DNA from: Lepidodermella squamata
Lineage: Eukaryota; Animalia; Gastrotricha
Length of the DNA stretch: 64,000 nucleotides
Assembly (NCBI GenBank): GCA_047495785.1
Contig: JBLDXI010000015.1
Coordinates: 1,984,001 to 2,048,000, forward strand
Direction of reading: 5' to 3'
A model generated the notes under the pieces. The model saw only the letters and a program-made list of their open reading frames with translations. It did no database searches and was not told the origin of the DNA. This document shows positions 25,761 through 35,500 of the stretch, piece after piece. Positions within the stretch are counted from its first letter, which is position 1; each line of letters starts with the position of its first letter. Made by a program: the position numbers and the translations under genes.

Positions 25761-28540
25761 TTAGTTGCCTGTAAAAATGGGAGAATAATGACAAATCAAA
25801 TTAGAATGAGGAAAAAGAAGGAAAATTGGAGATGCCGGGGTTTGAACCCGGGACATCTTACATGCAAAGCAAGCGCTCTACCACTGAGCTACATCCCCAT
25901 ATGACTTCAAGGAACCTGGAGCCTCTTTCAATCGCAATGGAACCTTTCCGAAGTTGGAAAAAGGTTCGACGAGGTTCCGGCGGGGTTCGAACCCGCGACC
26001 TTCTCCGTGTGAAGGAGACGTGATAACCACTACACTACGGAACCTGGATGATGGGTGACACCCAGGGTTCTCAATAAGGTCATTCTCCAAAGCTGGGATG
26101 AAGATAGGAGAAAAAAATAGTTCCCTGACCGGGAATCGAACCCGGGCCGCCGCGGTGAAAGCACGGAATCCTAACCACTAGACCATCAGGGAGGATGAAC
26201 ATGGAACCTAATTGGGTTGTGACCTTCGTTAGGAATTAGGTTCCCATTGTCCGGTCAGGGAACTATTTTTTTCAAAAGTTGAAGCTGCCCCCTGTGAGGA
26301 TCGAACTCACGACCTCCAGATTATGAGACTGGCGCTCTAGCCAACTGAGCCAAGGAGGCGCTTGTGGTCATCCTAGGTCCTATTCTGATTTCCTAATTGA
26401 ACATCGAAGGATTGAAGCTAGGGAAAAGAGAAGCCGAGGCCCAGACGGGGATCGAACCCGCGACCTTCTGTTTACAAGACAGATGCTCTACCACTAAGCT
26501 ACTGAGCCGGCTGATAGCTAAGCCTATCGCTCTAGGACTTAATAGCAGTGATATTTACGATATAAAAAAGGTACAAACCTGCTCCGCAGACGAAAGCATT
26601 GGCGGGCTGGTAGGAGCAGACGCGGCACTTGCCAACACGCGACGCGACATCGCCGCGCTTGACCGTGCTGTTCGGGAAGGTGGCGTCGCTCGCGTACAGC
26701 CAGTACATCATGTAGTCGGGCCAGTAGTGGCAGTACCGATTCGAGTCGCACTCGACGTAGGGCGTATGCGAGTGGTAGCGCAGGCACGAGCCAGGGCTGT
26801 CCAACTGCTGGCCAACACCCGCCGCTCCGATGGCATGCATCAGGAAGGAGTAGCCTTCCCACAGCGACACCCACGACCCGTATCGGTTGCCCTGCGGGCA
26901 CGCCGGCACTTGCGTCGACTGCGAGTGGAACGCCATAACAGTGCCCGGCGCCATGCAAACCGTGCACCGACTGATGTGGTTCATCAACTGCGCCTTATTC
27001 TGCACGATGCCCATCGGCTTGGCGACGCTTGGTTCAATGTCATTGGCGTGTTCGACTTCGTACTGGTTGGTCGTCAGCCAGTAAGACGAGGTGGTTCTTG
27101 AACCCCATGAGCAGACTTCGTTAGCCCCGCAGAACATGGTTGGCTGAGGGTCGAAACGAGGCAAGCAAGAGCCACTGGCGCCTAGATTCTCACCCGCGGC
27201 ACGGCCGTCGTCTTGCAGGTGGAGCAGGGAGTAGCCGGTTGAGATCTGGACGTGGTTTGGCGGGCAGGTTGGCACGGTGCAGCGTTGCGAGTGGATGGCG
27301 TAGACGTAGGCGGAGCATGAGCTGATGTCACGGTTCGGTTCATCTGGGCCTGGGGCACCCATCGGGCCCACCGGACCGTCAGGACCGCAGTTGCCATCCG
27401 GACCGGGTGGGCCAGGTCGGCCAGGGTTGCCAGGGCGGCCGGCAAGGCCCATGTTGCCCTTCTCACCACCCGGGCCTTGGTTACCGCATTGGTCGTCGCC
27501 GATTTCACCAGGAGTACCCGGAGCACCTATAATCATCAATTCATATAGGTTATATCGAGAAAGTTAACTGGATCTTACCTGGTTGACCATCTGGACCAGA
27601 CGGGCCCGGGCGGCCTTCGTCACCGATGTCACCCATTGGGCCAGCCGGGCCAGCACAGCCATCAGCACCCTTATCACCCGGAGCACCTGGGGCACCCTAT
27701 AGACAGACACCGAACTGTTATCGAAACCTTCAAACCTGGGTGGGATGACTTACCGGAGCACCTGGACATCCATCGCGGCCATTGTCACCCGGAAGACCAG
27801 GAATACCATTCGGGCCCTGAAAGAAGTAAGATTATAAGCCAATATCATAGCTAAATTTTTGGGATTTACGCAAGTTCCAGGGGGACCTTGGGGTCCGTCG
27901 ATTCCTGGGTTACCTTGAGGACCTTTGCGGCCTTCCGGACCCTGGCGACCTGGGTCACCTTGATATCCTTTCGGGCCCTATAAGAAATATTGAATATTCA
28001 ACAGCTCGGAAAGCATGTTAGAAAAACTTACAGCGCTGCCATCAAGGCCACGTGGACCAGGGTAACCGGTAGCTCCAGGAGGACCGTTGGGTCCTAGAAG
28101 AAAAATTCAAATGGTAAAAGATCGAAAGACGACGCGAAAAACGTACCTTTATCACCCATGGGGCCCATAGGACCGCAGTCACCCACAGCACCCGGTGGGC
28201 CCATGGGGCCCGGGCCACCAGGTGACCCGCGCTGGTTGAAGCAGTCGCAACGCGTGCAGCTCGCCTCTTCGTTGAACAGCATGTCCATGAACATAACAGC
28301 GCTATCGACGTTCTGCGCACCCTCATCGGCCAACATCGCAGTTTCGATGGCGGACGCTTCTTCGGCCAGGGTTTGCTCGGACGGCGGCCCGGCAGCGGCT
28401 ACGGGCGCCTCCTCCGCGAACGGTTGCTCACCCGGTGGTCCAGCTGCAACTTCGGTCTCTTCAGCCCGAACTGATAGCATGGCGAAAGACAAGACGAGCC
28501 CACATGTCAGCAGTGTTAGCTTCACTACCGACCGCTTCAT
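25761..28540 (-). CDS. short type IV-like collagen chain 3 (~206-aa Gly-X-Y, NC1)
   Basis: MKRSVVKLTLLTCGLVLSFAMLSVRA signal, CTRCDC motif, small Gly-X-Y exons, NC1 exon ~26579-27526. Terminal micro-exon 25761-25768 (G-N-stop) inferred from gtttgt donor at 26578 and ccatttttacag acceptor; unspliced stop would be at 26532. Confidence 0.88.
25827..25898 (-). tRNA. tRNA-Ala(TGC), cassette C
   Basis: GGGGATG/CATCTCC-A acceptor with G3:U70, CTTGC-TT-TGC-AT-GTAAG arm. Confidence 0.93.
25972..26044 (-). tRNA. tRNA-Val(CAC), cassette C
   Basis: TCTCC-TT-CAC-AC-GGAGA arm, GGTTCCG/CGGAACC acceptor. Confidence 0.93.
26121..26192 (-). tRNA. tRNA-Glu(TTC), cassette C
   Basis: TCCCTGA/TCAGGGA-A acceptor, CT-TTC-AC loop; one C>T giving a G:U pair in the anticodon stem. 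Confidence 0.9.
26286..26359 (-). tRNA. tRNA-Met(CAT), cassette C
   Basis: same sequence as the other Met copies. Confidence 0.93.
26437..26508 (-). tRNA. tRNA-Thr(TGT), cassette C
   Basis: same sequence as the other Thr copies. Confidence 0.93.
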
Positions 28541-29746
28541 TCTAGGTCAAGGTCTAAATGGCGAAAAAGAAGAAGAAGATGAAAAACAAGGGTATTACAT
28601 AGAGGAATGACGGATTTGGTCAACTTTTATTCGAAGTGAATTTTCGGCTGAATGAGAATGGTAAAGCTTGTCGAGAATGCGCAGCGAAAAGCGCGTTTTT
28701 GTTATTCGCAGGTCGAGCGTGTGCACTCGAAACAAATAGCTTAAATTCAGCGCTTTTTTCTGCGGAAGTTTCACCACCACCACCACTGTGCGTGACCCCG
28801 CATCAACAAAACACCTGCGTGTTATAGTGAGTGGGGTATAGTTGGTTAACTACTGGCGGGCGATTTTCCAAGGTCGCACTGTGGTTGAAAATCCGCGGCG
28901 CGCGCGCGCGAGACCGCCGACGGGCGCGCACACTTTTTGCGCGGCAAACAGGCATGCATATACGCGAGTGCATATCACACAAAACAACGCTAGATAATCA
29001 TCAGGTATTAAAAAGCGAAATTACAATAATCTGTGGCGCCGGCTGTGGCGGCGGCTAGAAATTTTTTTTTTCGAGTTCTCGGTTTAAAACAATTCTGCGG
29101 CAGCTCCTCGCAAATATTGGGGTTCGCTGTGAAATATACGGTGCGCGCGCGGCGGGTATAATCGCGCGCGCGCTTTGTTTATTGCCGCGACAATTTTTTT
29201 GCGTGTGTTGCGCGCGACACACCGGCCGCTTCTGCGTTACGCGGTAGGAACAACAAGTTTGCATTTCATCATAATCTTCATCATAATCGCTATCGTTTCA
29301 GCAGCGCGCCACAGCACAAGTGCAACGGCTATTTTCGCGCCTCGTTTATATTCGCGGAAATGTCATGCGAGGCGAACTGAAAATTATATGGTCGTGGTTT
29401 GTTATTATCAGGCTGCGGAATACTTACCTTTTTTGCGTTTGCCTCGTTCATGTTGAGATTTTCAGAGGCACGAAAATGTTTGTTTATTTTCACTTTCTTA
29501 CTTCTGCGCCGTTGTTTTGTGTATTAAAAATAATGTGTTTTCCCGCTGTTTCGGATCAACTTTGCCCAGCTGTGGCGGTAAGAAGTGAATGAGGGCAAAA
29601 TAACGTCACCTTGACTAAGAATAGCCCTTAATCATGGGCGAAGTTAAAAGTTGATTGAGAACAAGAAAATTGAATATCATAAGCTAAATTAGGATCTGAA
29701 GGGGCGACTGAGCCATTCGAATGAGCAATTGTAGGCTAAATATATT

Positions 29747-29828
29747 CGCTGCCAGTAGGATTTGAACCTACGCGCGGAGACCGCATCTGATTTCAAGTCA
29801 GACCTCTTAACCACACGGGCATAGCAGC
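29747..29828 (-). tRNA. tRNA-Ser(TGA), cassette D, possibly defective
   Basis: two D-arm substitutions vs other copies (GCCCGTGTGGTTAAGAGG vs GCCCGAGTGGTTAAGGGG), including conserved A14. Confidence 0.7.
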
Positions 29829-29993
29829 TTCGTGAACAATGCAGCATCAGATAGCATATTTATTGTATTTCGCTGCTTCACCTGAATTATACTCGCGGAG
29901 AGATGATTCGATGGAATGTTCCCGGACAGAGGAAACAGTTTGAAACCAATGGTTCTCAACGGGACGGCTTTTTGATCCGTGTTGTTTCAAGCC

Positions 29994-30065
29994 GGCCTAG
30001 TGGCCTAATGGTAAGGCGTCGGCCTCCGGAGCCGGAGATTGTGGGTTCGAGTCCCATCTGGGTCG
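29994..30065 (+). tRNA. tRNA-Arg(CCG), cassette D
   Basis: intact cloverleaf, T-run downstream. Confidence 0.93.
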
Positions 30066-30136
30066 CGATTTTTTGTCCTCGTAAACACACTCATTAGCTC
30101 ACTCTACGAAATCAACGATTAACTTAGCTATCAGCT

Positions 30137-30208
30137 GGCTCAGTAGCTTAGCGGTAGAGCATCTGTCTTGTAAACAGAAGGTCGCGGGTTCGATCCCCGT
30201 CTGGGCCT
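30137..30208 (+). tRNA. tRNA-Thr(TGT), cassette D
   Basis: intact; single D-loop T>C. Confidence 0.92.
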
Positions 30209-30285
30209 CGGCTTCTCTTTTCCCCAACGTCAACCATTCAATCTTCAATTATGCGATGTAAGTAGAATCCAGGGTGACCACAAGC

Positions 30286-30359
30286 GCCTCCTTGGCTCAG
30301 TTGGCTAGAGCGCCAGTCTCATAATCTGGAGGTCGTGAGTTCGATCCTCACAGGGGGCA
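30286..30359 (+). tRNA. tRNA-Met(CAT), cassette D
   Basis: intact cloverleaf. Confidence 0.93.
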
Positions 30360-30431
30360 GCTCCAACTTTTTGACAATGGGAACGTAGTTCCCAAAATAG
30401 GTCACATACCAATTAGGTTCCAGGTTCATCC

Positions 30432-30503
30432 TCCCTGATGGTCTAGTGGTTAGGATTCCGCGCTTTCACCGCGGCGGCCCGGGTTCGATTCCCGGTCAGG
30501 GAA
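30432..30503 (+). tRNA. tRNA-Glu(TTC), cassette D
   Basis: CCGCG-CT-TTC-AC-CGCGG arm, intact. Confidence 0.93.
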
Positions 30504-30571
30504 CCATTTTCCTCCACAATTTTCGATATTCTGCATTACATGATCTTACTGGGTACGCTTGGACTCATCAA

Positions 30572-30644
30572 GGTTCCGTAGTGTAGTGGTTATCACGTCT
30601 CCTTCACACGGAGAAGGTCGCGGGTTCGAACCCCGCCGGAACCT
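30572..30644 (+). tRNA. tRNA-Val(CAC), cassette D
   Basis: intact cloverleaf. Confidence 0.93.
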
Positions 30645-30715
30645 CGTCCAACATTTTTCCAACTATAATAAGGTTCCATTGCAATTAAAAGAGGTCCATT
30701 GTCCCTTAAGATCAT

Positions 30716-30783
30716 ATGTAGCTCAGTGGTAGAGCGCTTGCTTTGCATGTAAGATGTCCCGGGTTCAAACCCCGGCATCTCCA
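30716..30783 (+). pseudogene. tRNA-Ala(TGC) lacking the first four G residues, cassette D
   Basis: atcat-ATGTAGCTCAG instead of catgt-GGGGATGTAGCTCAG; acceptor stem broken, A/B boxes intact. Confidence 0.85.
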
Positions 30784-30936
30784 ATCTTTTTTAAATCCGG
30801 AATTTCGGAAAATTCAATCTCGATTTTCCCCCTATTCTTCCAGAAAGCGCCTAGAGTTTTATATTCCCCCGTTTAGCCCGCACGCTAAACTCTGCTCTAA
30901 TACGCCCATGTGACTTGCCAGGAAGCCGCGGCTCGA

Positions 30937-30991
30937 TTGTATTGTATTATTTGTATTGTATTGTATCGTCTGATGTTTGTATTGTATTATT
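30937..30991. repeat. (TTGTA)n simple repeat
   Basis: ttgtattgtattatttgtattgtattgtat...ttgtattgtatt. Confidence 0.7.
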
Positions 30992-31443
30992 TGATATACT
31001 CCAAAAGTCATTGTGACTATTAAAATAACATCATCAGCATTTTTTTCGATTTTCTTCTATGATCAGCAAACAATCTCATTCATAAAAGTCACGTTTTTTT
31101 CGTAAAGATCCAGCTATTTTTTCTGCGGCCTAAAGATATAGATCTTGATCCCGAACGAGAAAACCGCGTGATTCGCGGGCTCTATTTCTCATTAGAATCA
31201 ACATATTTTCACGAATAAAAATATGTTGAAAAAAATAGAAAAGAATTAATTAGAATGAATATTTGTTAATTTGCCAAAAATTTGTAATCAATAACTCCAA
31301 TACCATAGAATGATTCATATTGAACGCGACGCACGCGACGCTGATTGCAAAAAAAGACCCGTGGCGTCTTCGGTCTCATGCGTATTAAATACATTACACG
31401 GATTTATTATATAAAAGTAGTGATTTCACCATAGCCAATAGCT

Positions 31444-31956
31444 ATGTCGACAGCTCTTGTCAGCATTTCAGCAGGGCAAGTTGTTCCTGAGGCTAAGAAG
31501 ATAGTTGAAGGCGCGCTAAAAGGAACCAATTTTGCTACAAATCCCGAAGTGCAGCGAAACTTCGAACAACTGTATGAAACACTCGGTCAGCTAATTAACA
31601 CGGATGAAGGTCAGACGCTTGTCAATGTTACAGCAAACCTTTCACGCAAAATAACCGATGAAAATACCTTCTTTGATATGGCGAAGGTGTGTTGGAATGT
31701 TTCCACCGAAGTTCTGAAAGACAAAATGACGCCGGCTGTAGCGTTTGGTCTATTCTTGGCAATAATCGGTATTCTGCTAATTGGGCTGGGCATATTTGGA
31801 GGCAACGTGATCCAGATAGCAGCGTTACGCTGGGCTATCGGAATTGTCGGTTCAGTGTTGGCGAAAATGGGCGTCCATCGGTTTGGAAATTGGGCTATCG
31901 ACGCCGTAAAACAGGCTTGCACGAACTGCCTTAACCATGCGGGTAAACGTGACTGA
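31444..31956 (+). CDS. single-exon orphan protein with hydrophobic helical hairpin
   Basis: 170-aa ATG-initiated ORF, TATATAAAAG ~30 nt upstream, hydrophobic VAFGLFLAIIGILLIGLGIFGG and IAALRWAIGIVGSVLA segments, AATAAA downstream. Confidence 0.7.
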   Translation: MSTALVSISAGQVVPEAKKIVEGALKGTNFATNPEVQRNFEQLYETLGQLINTDEGQTLVNVTANLSRKITDENTFFDMAKVCWNVSTEVLKDKMTPAVAFGLFLAIIGILLIGLGIFGGNVIQIAALRWAIGIVGSVLAKMGVHRFGNWAIDAVKQACTNCLNHAGKRD

Positions 31957-32302
31957 TATATTGATACCGAATGGGTAGACGAACAGCGTATATATCTACT
32001 CGTTAATTATTGAAATTAATTATTCGTTAATTATTGTGAGAAAATGTGACTTCAGACACAGAGACCTAGAGACTTGATTGAAGCGTTGCTTGGGTTTATT
32101 ACGAAATAAAATCCTCTATAAAACTGTCAAGAAATGAATTCAATAAAACATGGTTGCCAACTTCCCAGTGACTTGTTATTCACGTTAAATTGGTGGCGGC
32201 GATAATAAATTCAAAACTATTAAAAAAAATCAACAAGGAAAAAAATCAAGAAGTAACAAAATCGCAATCATTACGATTGGTCTCTTTATCTTCTTCCATC
32301 CC

Positions 32303-32374
32303 GGCCTAGTGGCCTAATGGTAAGGCGTCGGCCTCCGGAGCCGGAGATTGTGGGTTCGAGTCCCATCTGGGTCG
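32303..32374 (+). tRNA. tRNA-Arg(CCG), cassette E
   Basis: intact cloverleaf. Confidence 0.93.
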
Positions 32375-32460
32375 CTACTTTTTTACGCAAGCATCTTTAG
32401 TCAAAGAAACTCGACTCGGCATCAAAATTTCACAGAAAATTAAAAATCCATCAATCAGCC

Positions 32461-32532
32461 GGCTCAGTAGCTTAGTGGTAGAGCATCTGTCTTGTAAACA
32501 GAAGGTCGCGGGTTCGATCCCCGTCTGGGCCT
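32461..32532 (+). tRNA. tRNA-Thr(TGT), cassette E
   Basis: intact cloverleaf. Confidence 0.93.
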
Positions 32533-32575
32533 CGGCTCCTCTTTTCCCCCATTCCCAACATCAGTCATTCAATTA

Positions 32576-33113
32576 CCGTATTCTCCGTAATAGCTTCAGA
32601 GGGCATTGTAACTTCAAAGCTTCGAAAATCGAAAAGGGTTGTTGTAAAGCATGCGACTTCATTGTTTCAAAGCAAGTTTTCAACAGTTGAAACTGAGTAA
32701 AATTTTGAACTAAAGTTAACAGCTTTTCATCAAAATCGAGAACTTCATCGTTCGATAGCGAGTTTTCAGCCATTTTTATGCAAAATATTGAAAATTGAAA
32801 ATTTCAGTTTTTTCAAATGATGGATCCTAGGAAATCGATAGCTACTTTGGCAGTTTTCGTTGCTTAAATTCTCTCACTCAGCTATGTTTCGCCATTTTCT
32901 ATCAAACATGCCCATCAAACGCCTCAGAAATAGAATTTCAAAAGGTTAGGCGCAATTATTTTTAAATGCAATTTTCAAAGTTTGATTTAAAATTTAGAAT
33001 TTAGATCACGGGTAGCTATTGGGGGTATGAGGCTTTATCTAAGGCCTCAAAAGGAGGTTGTAAACGGGACGAGCGGTAATAACAGGTAAATGAAGCTGTT
33101 ACGGAATATACGG
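32576..33113. mobile_element. non-autonomous Tc1/mariner-pogo-type DNA element
   Basis: TA|CCGTATTCTCCGTAATAGCTTCA ... TGAAGCTGTTACGGAATATACGG|TA terminal inverted repeats; empty site ttcaatTAtgcgat in cassette D. Confidence 0.88.
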
Positions 33114-33149
33114 TATGCGATCAAAATATAATCGAGTGTGACCACAAGC

Positions 33150-33223
33150 GCCTCCTTGGCTCAGTTGGCTAGAGCGCCAGTCTCATAATCTGGAGGTCGT
33201 GAGTTCGATCCTCACAGGGGGCA
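33150..33223 (+). tRNA. tRNA-Met(CAT), cassette E
   Basis: intact cloverleaf. Confidence 0.93.
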
Positions 33224-33298
33224 GCCTCATCTTTTTGACAATAGGATCTTAATTCCTAATGAAGGTCACATCCCAAGTAGGTTCCATCATCTTCATCC

Positions 33299-33370
33299 TC
33301 CCTGATGGTCTAGTGGTTAGGATTCCGCGCTTTCACCGCGGCGGCCCGGGTTCGATTCCCGGTCAGGGAA
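33299..33370 (+). tRNA. tRNA-Glu(TTC), cassette E
   Basis: intact cloverleaf. Confidence 0.93.
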
Positions 33371-33438
33371 CCATTTTCCTCCACAATTTTCGATATTCTG
33401 CATTACATGATCTTACTGGGTACGCTTGGACTCATCCA

Positions 33439-33511
33439 GGTTCCGTAGTGTAGTGGTTATCACGTCTCCTTCACACGGAGAAGGTCGCGGGTTCGAACCC
33501 CGCCGGAACCT
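33439..33511 (+). tRNA. tRNA-Val(CAC), cassette E
   Basis: intact cloverleaf. Confidence 0.93.
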
Positions 33512-33585
33512 CGTCGATGATTTTTGAAACCTCGACAAATTTCTTTTTCCCATTAAAACAGGATTTAGGTCCCTTGAAATCATGT

Positions 33586-33657
33586 GGGGATGTAGCTCAG
33601 TGGTAGAGCGCTTGCTTTGCATGTAAGATGTCCCGGGTTCAAACCCCGGCATCTCCA
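33586..33657 (+). tRNA. tRNA-Ala(TGC), cassette E
   Basis: intact cloverleaf. Confidence 0.93.
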
Positions 33658-33727
33658 ACTTTTTCCAACCTATAAACTGATAGCAAATCGCCAAACTTCA
33701 AAGCCAATCTGATGTATAGTTCTAACA

Positions 33728-33801
33728 GGTTCCGTTGTGTAGTGGTTCATCACGTCTGCTTTACACGCAGAAGGTCGCGGGTTCGAACCCCGCCGGAACC
33801 T
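33728..33801 (+). tRNA. tRNA-Val(TAC), cassette E
   Basis: intact cloverleaf. Confidence 0.93.
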
Positions 33802-34208
33802 TTTCAATTTTATTCACTCTCGTATAGTTTTGTACACAAACATTATAGACATATTTTACATAATCTTGGCGATATTTAGTGTTCATGAGAAAAGGGTGCT
33901 ACGCCAGGAGATGGTCAGCTATGATCCATTTGCGCTTAGAGGTTAAGTAAACAAAATATTCTATTCATTTTTTGCTGTAATAGTAAATTATGTGTGTATG
34001 ACAAAAATATACGGTGAAATGAAATCTGTCTCCACAAAAAATGCAAGAAGAAAGCGCAATTGGATATTTCATTTTTATGCTGCAAAACGGGGCGGTGTAT
34101 TTTATTTTGAATTCTTGGAGGGACCAGCCGATGGTTTTTTTTGAGATTTCCGACATTGAAAGGTTGGGACTAGATAATACGGAGAATTTTATTAGACAAA
34201 CCCTGAGT

Positions 34209-35416
34209 ATACCTTTCTCAGGCATGTGAACCTTTCAGGGTCACAAAAGGCTTACGACAAGGCTGCCCTCTTTCTCCCTTACTGTTTATCTGTGTCTTCA
34301 ATGTCGTATGCAAGAAGGTGAAGTTGGAGAAATGTGGGATACCATTGACCGACGAGGAATGGCTAAACATTCTAGCATTCGCGGGTGATACGGGACTTGT
34401 AGCCATGGAGCGAAACGAAATGCAACACTTAATAGACATTTTTGTTGAAGCCTGCCAGATTTTGGGCCTGAAAATTAATGTACCGAAAACTAAGTTCATG
34501 GTAGTAAATAAGAAGGAAAACACCGTAGAGCCTTTTACTATATATAATGAGCAACTGGAGGAGGTTAGTAGTTTTATCTATCTTGGCAGTGTAATAACCG
34601 CGGACGGGACGTCAAAAGCCGATATCCAAGCTAGAATTGAAAAAAGTTGTAGGGCATTTGGCGCACTCAAAAAATATATCTTTGGAAACAAATCCATTCC
34701 TGTCAGTGTGAAAATGAAATGCCTGCTAGGAACAATAGAACCAATAGCACGTTTCGGAGGTGAAAATTGGGCCATGACAAGCGAAGACGAACGTCGACTA
34801 AATGTCAGTCAAATGAGATGGCTTAGGAATATTTGTGGTATTACAATTAGGGATAAGGTGAGAAATGACGTGATTAGGACGCGATGTGGAACTGAACAAC
34901 TATCGACCAAATTAGCGAGACAGCAATTAAGGTGGTACGGCCATGTGGCTCGCATGGACCCCGGACGCCTAACACGCAAGGTTCGATACTGGGAGGTCCC
35001 TGAAGGATGGAAACGTCCTAAGGGAAGACCTAAATTAAGGTGGACAGACTGTGTTAGGAAAAATTTGGGACGGTTGGGTATAAAATCTATCGAGGAGGCG
35101 GACAGTCTAGCCCAAAATAGGAGAGAGTGGCGGGCTAAAATTCATAGTTTGGGTCATTTAACTTCTTCGTCTCGGGACTTCGGGGATTTCTTTCTTGATT
35201 CTCTATTCAGATGATTTCGGGCTGATTAGGATCGGTCTCCGACTGGTCCTCCTCCGACACGCGCCATGCTTGGCCCGTTACCACAGTAACGGACCCGGCA
35301 TGGCGTGTACACCGGAGTGAATTTTATTCTTTAGCACACTCTTGTTGTTTTGTTTTGTTTTGTACCTCTTTTGTAACTGTGCTCAAAGAATAAAGAAAAT
35401 GTAATGTATGTAATGT
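34209..35416 (+). mobile_element. 5'-truncated RTE-type non-LTR retrotransposon
   Basis: GLRQGCPLSPLLF, LAFAGD (YADD box, mutated), FIYLGS, LRWYGHVARM, KRPKGRPKLRW; AATAAA + (ATGTA)n tail; 11-bp TSD AAACCCTGAGT at 34198-34208 and 35417-35427. Confidence 0.92.
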
Positions 35417-35500
35417 AAACCCTGAGTTTTATATTGTCCGGCATCAAAAGTTATAATCGACATCAATGATGATAATTTTTTTCCAAAACAAAAAATTATG

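Noticed and set aside
25826-26023. Recurrent short ORFs such as MEMPGFEPGTSYMQSKRSTTELHP and MCSGSSRLLYTQKV
   Set aside because: Translations of tRNA genes
29994-30783. tRNA-derived SINE family or CRISPR-like array as explanation of the repeats
   Set aside because: Full cloverleaves of eight different tRNAs conserved far more than the spacers; spacers are homologous between copies; no SINE tail, no cas genes
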